Made by a program: the position numbers and the translations under genes
Source: Nitrospirota bacterium
Lineage (GTDB): Bacteria > Nitrospirota > UBA9217
Length of the DNA stretch: 64,000 nucleotides
Assembly (NCBI GenBank): GCA_963796285.1
Contig: CAWCKW010000003.1
Span: 192,001-256,000 of the forward strand
Reading direction: 5' to 3'
Shown: in pieces, positions 19,667 through 29,217 of the stretch
How the letters are laid out: every line of letters begins with the position of its first letter
Numbering within the stretch: the first letter of the stretch is position 1
Notes under the pieces: generated by a model
What the model was told of the DNA's origin: nothing
Database searches by the model: none
What the model saw: the letters and a program-made list of their open reading frames with translations, nothing else

Positions 19667-22366
19667 TTAGATGGGTCGACGTGTTCTTCGTCTCTTGATC
19701 ATTTTCTCGATCTCGACAGCGATGAACACGACCGATGACAGGAGCAGAACGAACGCGAGTTCCACGGGCGTAAGCGGCTGGGTCTTGAAGATGGGATTTA
19801 AGAAAGGAACATAGATGGTGGCCAGTTGAAGGACCAGCGTTATCAAGACGCTCAGAAAGAGCGTTTTGTTCGTAAATATCCCCTGCGAAAAAAGTGATTC
19901 TTTCTCGGAGCGGATAGCCATTACGTGGCCCATCTGCGTGAGGCAGAGCACGGTGAAGACCATGGTCTGCCAGTGGGCGTCGCCGGAATGGATTGCCCAT
20001 GCCTGGAGCGACAGTGTGACCCCTCCCATGAGCAGTCCCACCCAGATCGCGTGGATGCCGAGTCCATGGGCAAAGAGGCTTTCCTGCGGCTTGCGCGGCG
20101 GCCGCTTCATCACGTCCCCTTCCTCCGGCTCCACGGACAGGGCCAGCGCCGGAAGGCCGTCGGTCACGAGGTTGATCCAGAGGATATGGATCGGCAGGAG
20201 CGGGATCGGGAGGCCTAGAAAGGGCGCCAGGAAGAGGGTCCAGATCTCGCCTGAGTTCGTGGTGAGCAGGTACTTGATGAACTTGCGGATGTTGTCGTAG
20301 ATGCGCCTCCCCTCTTTCACGGCCATCACGATGGTGGAGAAGTTGTCGTCCAGCAGGATCATGGCCGACGCCTGCTTGGCCACATCCGTACCCGTGATGC
20401 CCATGGCCACACCGATGTCGGCGCGCTTGAGCGCCGGCGCGTCGTTCACCCCGTCGCCGGTCATGGCCACGAAATGCCCCTTGTCCTGGAGCGCCTGGAC
20501 GATCTTCAACTTCTGTTCCGGCGCTACCCGCGCGTACACACGGATGGACTCGACGCGCTGTTCGAACGCCTCAAGCGAGAGGGCCTCGAGCTCAACACCG
20601 GTGATGACCGCCGCAGGGTCATCGTTCTCGAGGATGCCCACCCGTTTCGCGATGGTCCTCGCGGTCAGGGGGTGGTCTCCGGTGATCATGACCGGGATGA
20701 TGCCGGCGCTTTTGCAAAGCGAGACGGACTCCTTTGCCTCTTCCCGCGGAGGGTCCATCATGCCCATGAGGCCGAGGAGGACCAGACCTGTCTCGGCGTT
20801 CTCAGAAGACAGGTCCGACGGGACAGCTTCCCAGCCCCGCATCCCGATGGCCAGGACCCGGAGCCCGTCCGCCGCCATCTGGTCGCTGATCGATTGCATC
20901 TTCCTGGCATCAAGGTCCTGCATCCCTCGTGATGTCAGGACGCCTGCTGATCGTTCGAGCACAACCTCCACCGCACCCTTGGTGAAGGAGATATACGCAC
21001 CGCTTATCACTGATGCCTGGCCCCTGACCCCTGATTCCGGCATCGCATGGAACGTGGTCATGAGTTTTCGCTCGGAATCAAAGGGGAGCTCCGCAGTGCG
21101 GGGATAGACGGCCTCCAGTTCCTGCTTTCTGAATCCATGGTCGCGCGCAGCAATAAAGAGCGCGGCTTCGGTGGGGTCTCCGGTCACTTCTCCCGACGTG
21201 TCCTGGCGTGCATCAGTGGAGAGGGCCAGGGCGGTCATAAAGAACGATTTCGGATTGCGGATTGCTGCTTGCGGATTAACAGCTTCTTTGCCCGTTTCAT
21301 TCCGCAATCCGAAATTCGAATTCCGCACTGCATTCCCATCCACCCACATCTCCTCCACCGTCATTCTGTTCAGGGTGAGCGTTCCGGTCTTGTCCGTGCA
21401 GATGTAGGTGACCGATCCGAGCGTTTCGACAGCCGGAAGTTTGCGCACCAGGGCATTCCGTTTCACCATCTTGCGTGCGCCGAGGGCAAGGGCGATGGTG
21501 ACCACTGCGGGCAGGGCTTCGGGAATGGCGGCAACGGCGAGGCTTACGGCCACGAGGAACATCCTGACGGGCTCCTCTTCCCTCATCAGGCCCGCGGCAA
21601 AAACGATGGCGCAGATGGCGAGCACGGCATAGGCGAGTTTTTTGCCGAACGCAGCGAGCCGCTTCTGGAGCGGCGTCTTTCCCTCTTCCTCGCCCTGAAT
21701 CATGGCCGCGATCCGGCCCAGCTCGGTGTCCATACCCGTTGCCGTCACCATGCCGATGCCCCGGCCGTAGGTCACGATCGTGCCCTTGTAGAGCATGTTC
21801 TTCCGGTCGCCAAGGGCAAGTGGCTCCTGCTTGATCGTCTCGGGGTGCTTTTCCACGGGGAGCGATTCTCCCGTCAACGCGGCCTCTTCGATCCGGAGCC
21901 GGACCGACTCGATGACCCGCATGTCTGCGGGCACGATCCTGCCGGCCTCAAGGACCACGATATCGCCGGGCACCAGCTCAGATGCCGCGATGGTCTGATG
22001 CTCGTTGTCGCGGAGCACGACGGCAAGCGAGGCCGTCATCTTTTTGAGCGCCTCCATTGCCTTTTCCGCGCGGTACTCCTGCGTGAACCCGAGCACGGCG
22101 TTCAGGAGAACGATCACGATGATGGCCGCCGTATCAACCGGCTCGCCGATGACCCCGGAGATCACCGCCGCCGCGATCAGGACCAGGATCATGAAGTCCT
22201 TGAACTGGTCAAGGAACAGCAACAGGGGTGTCTTCTTCTTTTTTTCGACAAGCTCATTGGGGCCGTGCAATTCGAGGCGGACCTGTGCCTCTTCCGAGGT
22301 CAGACCCTGGAGGGAGGATCTCAGTTCAACAATGGTTTCTGCAACACTGCGTTGGTAGGGATACAC
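19667..22366 (-). CDS. Cation-transporting P-type ATPase (type IIA, Ca2+/Mn2+-like)
   Basis: LTGES, IPEALP, DKTGT, FDSERK, MITGD, TGDGVNDAP and LWINLVTDG motifs. Confidence 0.95.
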   Translation of the reverse strand: MYPYQRSVAETIVELRSSLQGLTSEEAQVRLELHGPNELVEKKKKTPLLLFLDQFKDFMILVLIAAAVISGVIGEPVDTAAIIVIVLLNAVLGFTQEYRAEKAMEALKKMTASLAVVLRDNEHQTIAASELVPGDIVVLEAGRIVPADMRVIESVRLRIEEAALTGESLPVEKHPETIKQEPLALGDRKNMLYKGTIVTYGRGIGMVTATGMDTELGRIAAMIQGEEEGKTPLQKRLAAFGKKLAYAVLAICAIVFAAGLMREEEPVRMFLVAVSLAVAAIPEALPAVVTIALALGARKMVKRNALVRKLPAVETLGSVTYICTDKTGTLTLNRMTVEEMWVDGNAVRNSNFGLRNETGKEAVNPQAAIRNPKSFFMTALALSTDARQDTSGEVTGDPTEAALFIAARDHGFRKQELEAVYPRTAELPFDSERKLMTTFHAMPESGVRGQASVISGAYISFTKGAVEVVLERSAGVLTSRGMQDLDARKMQSISDQMAADGLRVLAIGMRGWEAVPSDLSSENAETGLVLLGLMGMMDPPREEAKESVSLCKSAGIIPVMITGDHPLTARTIAKRVGILENDDPAAVITGVELEALSLEAFEQRVESIRVYARVAPEQKLKIVQALQDKGHFVAMTGDGVNDAPALKRADIGVAMGITGTDVAKQASAMILLDDNFSTIVMAVKEGRRIYDNIRKFIKYLLTTNSGEIWTLFLAPFLGLPIPLLPIHILWINLVTDGLPALALSVEPEEGDVMKRPPRKPQESLFAHGLGIHAIWVGLLMGGVTLSLQAWAIHSGDAHWQTMVFTVLCLTQMGHVMAIRSEKESLFSQGIFTNKTLFLSVLITLVLQLATIYVPFLNPIFKTQPLTPVELAFVLLLSSVVFIAVEIEKMIKRRRTRRPI
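21247..21315. repeat. Heptad-based palindromic element in frame within the P-type ATPase
   Basis: Perfect 15-bp inverted repeat ATTTCGGATTGCGGA (21247-21261) / TCCGCAATCCGAAAT (21301-21315); encodes NFGLRN...AIRNPKS. Confidence 0.7.
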
Positions 22367-22587
22367 GCGTTTTTCTCCTCGCGCCTCTCGCGCAATAGAG
22401 CAGGATGAACAGGTACGACAGAAGCCGACATACGGCGAAGCCCGCGGGCACGGGAACTGCGCCCGTTTTCTTTGAACATATCATTAATTCCCGTGTATGT
22501 AAAGGCAGGCGAGGAGGTCCGGCCCAGGAATACAAGTACACCATCGGGCAAACGGAGGAGAAACATTAAACCAGGAAGGAGGAAAAC

Positions 22588-22629
22588 AAAGAGGCAGCAG
22601 GATCACTACTTTCCCTGCTGCCTCTTTTT
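22588..22629. terminator. Intrinsic terminator downstream of the Met-rich lipoprotein gene
   Basis: 14-bp stem AAAGAGGCAGCAGG / CCTGCTGCCTCTTT with A/T tails. Confidence 0.65.
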
Positions 22630-22796
22630 ATCTCTTTCATTTATTATTGGAACGGCACAACCGGCGGCTGATCTTCTCCACATAGATGCATTCCCTGCAT
22701 CAAATGCATTCCGCCGATCAATATCATCACAACCATCACGACTACCACGATACCGATGACGACTTAGGCTCTCTGATTGTCCATATAACTTCTCTC

Positions 22797-24531
22797 TTAA
22801 ATGGTTCCGTTGGAGGAGGTCAACTGGTTCATAAGCGACTGCATGTCTGTCACGGTCAGCCCTGATTTGTTCGCTGTTGACCCCATGAACGTTGTAATCG
22901 CAGTGGCCAGCCCGCTTGTTCCTGCCGTGGACTGCATCATGGTACCGCCGCCCATCATGCCTCCACCCATGCCGCCCATGGTGATAGACGTGCTGCCCAT
23001 CATGCCGTTCATGATACCATCCGATGCGTCATTCATCATGGCCGTTATCAGCGCTGCGGGATCGGTCATGCTGATGGTCTGGGCATACTGAGACATGGCG
23101 GCAATGCAAATGCCGTAGTTCTTCATGGCCGTCGTCGTACCTCCGGATACTAATTCAGCCGCGTTCATCGGCATCGTCTGGAGGATGTCAGTGACCATGA
23201 AGTAATTGCCCACGGACGTGTTTGCCGCAGTGATGTTCGCGCCGGTCATGCCGCCTGCCATGTTGTTGGCCATGGCCTGGGCCATGGATGTAAGGGGCGT
23301 CATCTGAATGCCGGTGACCGTGCTGCCGCTCGAAATGTTCGGAATGACTGCTGTCATCATATCGCCGGACAACATGGGCATGGTCGTACCGGTTGCCAGG
23401 TTCGTATACGAGCCTCCGCTCATCTTGAGCATGACGGGACCGGAATAGGCGCCGAGGGACAGGCTGAAGCTGCCCATGCTGTTCGTGGTCCCGCTGGCCA
23501 GCTGCGCGCCCATGGCGCCGCCAGTCATTGAATATGCCATGACCGTGGCGTCGCTCATCGATCCGTTGAAGACCGATCCGCTGACCATCCCGTTCATCAT
23601 CGTTCCTCCTCCGCTCTGAATAGTGCCGGTCGCCGAGGAAGTCAAGTGGTTCATGAGTGTCTGCATGTCCGTCGCGGTTACGCCTGACTTATTCATGCGT
23701 GGATGCAATGAACGTCGCCATTGCCGAGGCGAGCCCGCTTGTTCCCGCCGTTGTGGTCATCATTGAGCTGCCGGACATCATACCGCCCATCATGATCGGC
23801 GTACTTCCCATCAAGCCGTTCATGACCCCGTCCGACGCGTCGCTCATCATGGACGTGACCATGCTTGACGAGGAGGTCATTCCCATGTCCTTTGCGGACT
23901 GCGACATGGCAGCGATGGCCATCCCGTAGTTTTTCATGTCCTGGGTCGCCGTGCCGCTCGAACCTGACACCAGCGGGTTCATCGGCTGCGTATGCAGGAT
24001 ATCAGTGACCATGAAGTAATTGCCCATGGACGTGTTTGCCGCAGTGATGTTCGAGCCGGTCATGCCGCCTGCCATGTTGTTAGCCATGGTCTGGGCCATG
24101 GAAGTAAGCGGGGTCATTTGAATTCCGGTCACTGACGCATCGCTCGATACCGACGGGATGACAGCGGTCATCACGTCACCGGGAGACATGGTCATGGTGG
24201 CTCCCATTGCTTCATCGATATAGGTTCCGCCGCTCATCTGGAGCATGACAGGACCGGTGTAAGCGCCCATCGTCATGCTGAAATTGCCCTGCGAGTCCGT
24301 TGTTCCATTGGCCACCGGAGTTCCCATGACTCCATTTGTGATGCCGTATGCTGTTACCGTCGCGCCGCTTACCGGCCCCTTGACCACCATGCCGCTGATA
24401 GTTCCGTTACTTGTACCAGAAGTTGTCCCGTTGTCGCTGCCGCCTCCCCCTCCGCAACCATAGAGAAGCGACATGGAGCCGATCAAGAGCGTGAGAGCCA
24501 AAATTACATGTAGATTTCTGTTTCTTTTCAC
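22797..24531 (-). CDS. Methionine-rich two-domain lipoprotein; one indel near 23698
   Basis: GGAGG RBS, GTG start, lipobox LYGC and Gly linker. ORFs 23689..24531 and 22797..23708 join by removing one base (FIAST-MNKSGV, matching FMGST-ANKSGL in the second repeat). About 79 Met in about 578 aa by hand count. Confidence 0.8.
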
Positions 24532-24587
24532 TTTGTAAGCCTCCTATTGAGATTGTATTGAGTACTTTTTTTCACAATTAACAACCA

Positions 24588-24616
24588 TTAGACGAGCGGA
24601 AAACAAAAAGGTTACA
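24588..24616 (-). promoter_or_regulatory. ECF-type promoter for the Met-rich lipoprotein
   Basis: Minus strand reads TGTAAC-N16-CGTCTAA, with boxes and spacing matching the site upstream of the sigma gene. Confidence 0.75.
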
Positions 24617-24674
24617 AAGAAAAAAATTGGCTCTTTAGTAGCCGGCCGATATATAAGGGCTATCCCTATGATGA

Positions 24675-24683
24675 TGGTATAAT
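24675..24683 (+). promoter_or_regulatory. Extended -10 sigma70 promoter for the CBM48 lipoprotein
   Basis: TGGTATAAT about 50 nt upstream of ATG 24736. Confidence 0.5.
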
Positions 24684-24735
24684 AACACAAAGCAAGGAAC
24701 GCAATGCAATGACGTGTCTCGATAACAAGGAACAA

Positions 24736-25083
24736 ATGTGCAACCGCTCTTTTATAAATATTATCGTCATCCTCCTGCTCACCGGTTGCGCACCCAAGTC
24801 GCCTGCACCTGAGGTGTTGAGCAACGGGGTCCGCTTTTCGTTTTTCGCTCCCTCTGCAAAGAGCGTCGCCATCGCCGGCAGCTTTAACCAGTGGGATCCA
24901 GAGCAGACCCACCTCACCGGTCCTGACAAGAAAGGACTCTGGACCATTATTCTCCCGCTCTCCACGGGACGCCATGAGTACCACTTTGTCATTAACAACA
25001 GTGAATGGGTCCTCGACCCGGCTGCTCCGTCAGTGGATGACGGGCTCGAAGGGAAGAACTCCTTTGTCATGGTTCCGCCATAA
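24736..25083 (+). CDS. Lipoprotein with a single CBM48/AMPK-beta-like glycogen-binding (early set) domain
   Basis: Lipobox LTGC; AKSVAIAGSFNQW, GLW...L..GRHEYHFVIN..WVLDP, G.NS motifs. Confidence 0.85.
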   Translation: MCNRSFINIIVILLLTGCAPKSPAPEVLSNGVRFSFFAPSAKSVAIAGSFNQWDPEQTHLTGPDKKGLWTIILPLSTGRHEYHFVINNSEWVLDPAAPSVDDGLEGKNSFVMVPP

Positions 25084-25174
25084 GAATCCGCAGAGCAGAG
25101 CGCCCCGGAACAGAGGGAAGTATCCGAAAAAAAGTACCTATGCTACAGTGAATTGGCGAAGTCCGATAAAAAGA

Positions 25175-25203
25175 TGTAACTTTTTTTCTTTTTACTCGTC
25201 TTA
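25175..25203 (+). promoter_or_regulatory. ECF-type autoregulatory promoter
   Basis: TGTAAC-N16-CGTCTTA ending 11 nt before the sigma ATG; classical AAC/CGT ECF layout. Confidence 0.75.
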
Positions 25204-25214
25204 CGAGTATCAAT

Positions 25215-25778
25215 ATGAACATTGATCAGCAGTCCGGGGAAGCGGACATCATCAGGCAATGTCTCGATGGCGAGTCGGATTCCTATTCCGTCCTGGTGGA
25301 CCGCTATAAAAAGATGGTTTACAATGTGGCCTACCGGATGCTGGGAGACGGTGATCTTGCGAACGATATTGCCCAGGAAAGCTTTATCGCCGCCTATGGG
25401 GGCCTGAAGAAGTTCAAACAGGACGCGAAATTTTCATCATGGCTCTACAGCATTGCCTTGAACAAGTGCCGGGACCATCTGCGGGTGACAAAAGAAAACA
25501 TCCCGATCGACGATATTTCAGATATCAAACCCGGCAGCGGTCTTTCTCCGGAACAGGCCGCGTCGGACCACCAGAGCAACGACCTGCTGCAACAGGCCTT
25601 GAATGCGCTCCCTGCGGAATACCGCGAGGTGCTCGTTCTGAAACACATTGAGGAGCTGGATTACCAGGAGATCTCGGCGATCACGGGGGCCAGCGTGTCG
25701 GCGCTCAAGGTCAGGGCGCATCGGGGGCGTGAGATGCTGAGAAAGATACTGGAAAGATCAGGAGTGACCCATGGATAG
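25215..25778 (+). CDS. ECF RNA polymerase sigma factor
   Basis: Region 2 (DIAQESFIAAY, FSSWLYSIALNKCRD) and region 4 (LPAEYREVLVL, YQEIS, LKVRAHRGR). Confidence 0.95.
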   Translation: MNIDQQSGEADIIRQCLDGESDSYSVLVDRYKKMVYNVAYRMLGDGDLANDIAQESFIAAYGGLKKFKQDAKFSSWLYSIALNKCRDHLRVTKENIPIDDISDIKPGSGLSPEQAASDHQSNDLLQQALNALPAEYREVLVLKHIEELDYQEISAITGASVSALKVRAHRGREMLRKILERSGVTHG

Positions 25779-26424
25779 AGAACGGGAGATCATACATAAG
25801 ATCCTTGATGGCGATGCGGAGGAGGAAGAACAAAAGGTCCTTTCGCGGGGCATGGAGACCGATACCAGGCTGAAGGAGGACTTCACCGGCCTCATGAGCG
25901 CGGTCCGATTGCTCAAGGAGAGCGAACGGCGCGAGGCGCCGTTTTCCTTTACCGCCGAGGTAATGAAGAAATTGCCGCGGAGATCGCCGTCCGTGCTCAG
26001 CCGTTTCAGGGAATTCCTGTTTGGCAGCCGGGTGCTGCGCTGGAACATGGCGTCGGCGCTGGCAACGGCGCTGGTCGTACTGGTCATGGTCGTGACTGTT
26101 ACCCGGACGCATCGCGAGCAAACCGGGACGATCGTCAGCAGTTCGTCGGGCCAGGAGGAGACCGCGGTCTCGGTCCGGCTGACCTTTCACGCTCCCCAGG
26201 CGCAGCGTGTGGCGGTAGCCGGCGATTTCAATAAGTGGAAGACCGATGTTCATGAGATGAAAAAGAGCGATGGCGTCTGGAGCATCGATCTGAAACTAAA
26301 GCCCGGAATCTATTCCTACAGCTTCGTCGTTGACGGTAAATCATGGGTCCCCGATCCCGGAGCGGAATCGTATGCAGATGACGGTTACGGGTCCCGGAAC
26401 TCCATCTTGAGAATAAACATATGA
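25771..26424 (+). CDS. Putative anti-sigma factor: cytoplasmic N-terminus, one TM helix, periplasmic CBM48-like domain
   Basis: Overlaps the sigma stop. FTAEVMKKL anti-sigma-like helix; TM ALATALVVLVMVVTV; VAVAGDFNKW, GVWSIDLKLKPGIYSYSFVVDG..WVPDP and G.RNS motifs. Confidence 0.85.
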   Translation: MDREREIIHKILDGDAEEEEQKVLSRGMETDTRLKEDFTGLMSAVRLLKESERREAPFSFTAEVMKKLPRRSPSVLSRFREFLFGSRVLRWNMASALATALVVLVMVVTVTRTHREQTGTIVSSSSGQEETAVSVRLTFHAPQAQRVAVAGDFNKWKTDVHEMKKSDGVWSIDLKLKPGIYSYSFVVDGKSWVPDPGAESYADDGYGSRNSILRINI

Positions 26425-27305
26425 AAAGGACAAATAACATGCTTAGGTTTGCCGGCACGGTACTGCTCCTGATACTTCTGCTCCCGTTGTCAAGGACGTT
26501 TGCTGCGGAGAACCGGCATCTTGACAACATTCGCAATGTCCTGGAAGCATCGACACTCTCGCGACCAGAGCAGGCTGAAGTGAATGCCAGGGCGGCCGCC
26601 GCAATGAACGCCGGGGTGCCGGGTGAGGACGTGGAGATCATTGTTTCGCGGTCAGTGGGCCGAGGAGCAGACGCCGGAGCGATCAACCGGTTCCTCGACA
26701 CCGGTCTGTCGGCAAAAAAAGAGGGCCTGTCTGCTCGTCCCGTACTGGACAGGATAGAGCAGGGACTTTCGAAGGGTGTTCCGACCGAGCGGATCGTCGC
26801 GGCTTCCCGACGGCTTGCGGAGAAAATTGCAACAGCGCAGCCTCTTGTCGATGCGCTCATTCGCGACGGCATGACACCCCGTCGGAACAATGAACGCGAA
26901 GCAGCGATCGAATCAGCTGCCCGCGCGCTCGAGAAATCCATGGATGCCCACGATATCAGGGCCATGGGCGCGGCGGTCCGTAGCCAGCGGGGATCGCTGC
27001 TGCTCTTTAGCAGTGCCATGGACACGGCAGCCTATTTTGCCGCAAGCGGCATGTCTCCGAAGACTGCCTCGCGCCTTGTCCGGGATGCCGTGCAAAAGGG
27101 TTCTACCGAACACGGCCTGGGCGTCATGGTACGTAGGATGGATGATGAGATGAAACACGGGACCAGCGCAGAGGACGTTGCAAGGAAAATGGAACGCGGA
27201 AATATGCAAGAAGAGCGGGGCATGGAACGTCAGGAAATGCGCCAGGAGATGAATACCGACCACGGAAAGGGATCAGGTTCCGGTATGGGTGGGCACGGGA
27301 TGTGA
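26421..27305 (+). CDS. Exported alpha-helical hypothetical protein with Met-rich C-terminal tail
   Basis: Signal peptide ending in TFA-A; GLSARPVLDRIEQGLSKGVPTERI core; tail MERGNMQEERGMERQEMRQEMNTDH...MGGHGM. ATGA coupling to the anti-sigma. Confidence 0.75.
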   Translation: MKRTNNMLRFAGTVLLLILLLPLSRTFAAENRHLDNIRNVLEASTLSRPEQAEVNARAAAAMNAGVPGEDVEIIVSRSVGRGADAGAINRFLDTGLSAKKEGLSARPVLDRIEQGLSKGVPTERIVAASRRLAEKIATAQPLVDALIRDGMTPRRNNEREAAIESAARALEKSMDAHDIRAMGAAVRSQRGSLLLFSSAMDTAAYFAASGMSPKTASRLVRDAVQKGSTEHGLGVMVRRMDDEMKHGTSAEDVARKMERGNMQEERGMERQEMRQEMNTDHGKGSGSGMGGHGM

Positions 27306-27401
27306 TGCGCGGGAACATTCCTGGAACCAGGCTGTAATGGTATGGTTGAAAACCCATACGCAAGACGCGCGGGCAAACTACAACGATAGGAGGTACATAT
27401 T

Positions 27402-27962
27402 ATGAAACGGTCCTTATATATTCTCATCAGTGTGTTCGTGCTGTTGCTCACCATGCTGGGTGCAGTATGGGCGGCAGAGTCAAAGGAAGAGAAGACTCTC
27501 CAGAAGGAAGCCACTGCGATCAACGCCACGGCAGGCAATGCGCAGGGAGAGAAGGTCGTAACCCAGAGGCTGGAAAAGGAGTTCAAGGTAACAGAGATGC
27601 AGATCCAGCGCCTGCGGGACAAGAAACTCGGCTACGGAGAAATCGCTATTGCCCTGTCCCTTTGCCAGAAGATGCCCGGCGGTGCAACGGACGCTAATAT
27701 TCAGCAGGTCATGACCATGCGCCAGGGACCGCCGACCATGGGCTGGGGCGAAATCGCCAACAAGCTCGGGACCAAGCTGGGTCCTGCGGTCTCCCAGGTC
27801 AGGAACGTCAACAAGGAAACCAACAGAGAGATGAAGCACGAGGCCAAAGGCGATAAGGAGCACATGGAGAAACATCAGGAGCAGCATGAAGATATGCACA
27901 GGGACTCCATGGATCATGAGAGCATGGGTGGCCAGGGTGCGTCTCATGGCAAAGACAAATAA
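27402..27962 (+). CDS. Exported protein with His/Met-rich C-terminal tail
   Basis: AGGAGG RBS; signal peptide ending in VWA-A; repeated LGYGEIA/MGWGEIA motif; tail EHMEKHQEQHEDMHRDSMDHESM. Confidence 0.8.
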   Translation: MKRSLYILISVFVLLLTMLGAVWAAESKEEKTLQKEATAINATAGNAQGEKVVTQRLEKEFKVTEMQIQRLRDKKLGYGEIAIALSLCQKMPGGATDANIQQVMTMRQGPPTMGWGEIANKLGTKLGPAVSQVRNVNKETNREMKHEAKGDKEHMEKHQEQHEDMHRDSMDHESMGGQGASHGKDK

Positions 27963-28100
27963 GTTAAAATCGGGGGCTGTTCCATTTAAAACGAAGGCCT
28001 GTCTTCATTCTGTTCGGACAATGCTTTGTTCAGGAAAGAGGAAGAGTGTCCTTCGTTTGTATCTATGCGGTGACATCAATGTGAAGAAGGAGCTGCCATT

Positions 28101-29024
28101 GTGAAGAGAGAACAGGACCGCCTGGAATCGCGTAAGAGATATTTTTTACCTGAACTATTGCTCATTGGATTGATCCTCAGCTTTTTTGTGTTTCCGGGAA
28201 GCGTCTTTGCCGGCCTGCTTCTCGACGCGGAGCTGCGGCTCCAGTATGAGGACAACGTGGTCGGCCTTCTCTCGGACCAGCAGAAGGGCAGTGTCAGTAC
28301 CGGGGCAGGAATGTCCGGTGGCACAGCCATGCAGGCCAGCAGTATGGGGGGCATGGGAGGCGGAAAGAACAATTACACGGGATCAAGTTCGGGCTCCTCC
28401 CAGTCGCCGGGCGATTTTTCCGCGACCCTTTATGCCGAGGCGGGAGGATACCAGGATGTGGGCAGGGATGCTGAGGTGTTCGCGAAAGGCTTTGCCTCAC
28501 ATACTTCCTACGACACCTACACGGACCTGAATTCGAACATCGGAGGTGTCAATACAGGCATTTCTGTCATTCTGAGTGACCTCCTCTCCACCCGCGTTTC
28601 GGTCCTCGGAAAGATCAAGCGTTTTGACGACAGCCAGCGCAACAGCACCGCCTACGCAGGGAACCTCAGCTTGAAGGAAAAGCTGACACCCTCGTTCTGG
28701 CTTCGGGAGTACGGCCAGTATGAAAAGAACAGCGCGGATACTTCTGTTTTCAGTTATACCGGCACAATGATCGGCATGGAGGCGGGTTATGCCGTCATGA
28801 AGAAGACCCGCGCAACACTCGGCTACAGCTATCTCGTCCAGAAGTATGACGAACCTTCGGGCGCCGAGATGAAAACACAGACCGCTTACGTGAGCGCTGA
28901 ATATACCGTGAGGAAGAACTGGGCTGTTTCCGGGGAGTACGATTTACAGCTGAGCAAGGAGAACGTGACGGGGACGAGCGCGACGGACAATATCTTCTCG
29001 CTGGCGCTGCGGTACAATTATTAG
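28101..29024 (+). CDS. Predicted outer-membrane beta-barrel with a Met/Gly/Ser-rich loop
   Basis: AAGGAG RBS; signal peptide ending in VFA-G; alternating beta strands; C-terminal LALRYNY beta-signal; loop GAGMSGGTAMQASSMGGMGGG. Confidence 0.75.
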   Translation: MKREQDRLESRKRYFLPELLLIGLILSFFVFPGSVFAGLLLDAELRLQYEDNVVGLLSDQQKGSVSTGAGMSGGTAMQASSMGGMGGGKNNYTGSSSGSSQSPGDFSATLYAEAGGYQDVGRDAEVFAKGFASHTSYDTYTDLNSNIGGVNTGISVILSDLLSTRVSVLGKIKRFDDSQRNSTAYAGNLSLKEKLTPSFWLREYGQYEKNSADTSVFSYTGTMIGMEAGYAVMKKTRATLGYSYLVQKYDEPSGAEMKTQTAYVSAEYTVRKNWAVSGEYDLQLSKENVTGTSATDNIFSLALRYNY

Positions 29025-29145
29025 AATAGTAAAGGGGGCACAACGCACTGTAAGAAGGGTTACGCGCTGAAGAATCGCGGATCCTGATCAATGCAGGATT
29101 TTCGATCAGATGCAGAGTATTTGACGCTATTTGCACATCGACGTG

Positions 29146-29185
29146 AAAACCAGGGGCGTCGCGACTGTAACGCCACGCCCCTGGT
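29146..29185 (-). terminator. Intrinsic terminator between convergent genes
   Basis: ACCAGGGGCGT / ACGCCCCTGGT stem followed by TTT on the minus strand. Confidence 0.6.
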
Positions 29186-29217
29186 GAGCGATTTGTTGTC
29201 TGCTATTGCTTTTAATT

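Noticed and set aside
22367-22590. yybP-ykoY (Mn2+) riboswitch upstream of the P-type ATPase
   Set aside because: Expected from gene context, but I cannot find the conserved aptamer sequence; an Rfam RF00080 scan would settle it.
22724-22765. 9-bp periodic run CATCACAAC CATCACGAC TACCACGAT as a His-rich peptide or array
   Set aside because: Only three to four degenerate units, with no convincing start or RBS.
27330-27390. AAACCCATACGCAAG as a second GEMM riboswitch, or TGGAAC-N16-GGTT as a fourth ECF promoter
   Set aside because: P2 does not pair and the AAAG junction and P3 are missing; the -10 box differs from the CGTC shared by the other three promoters.
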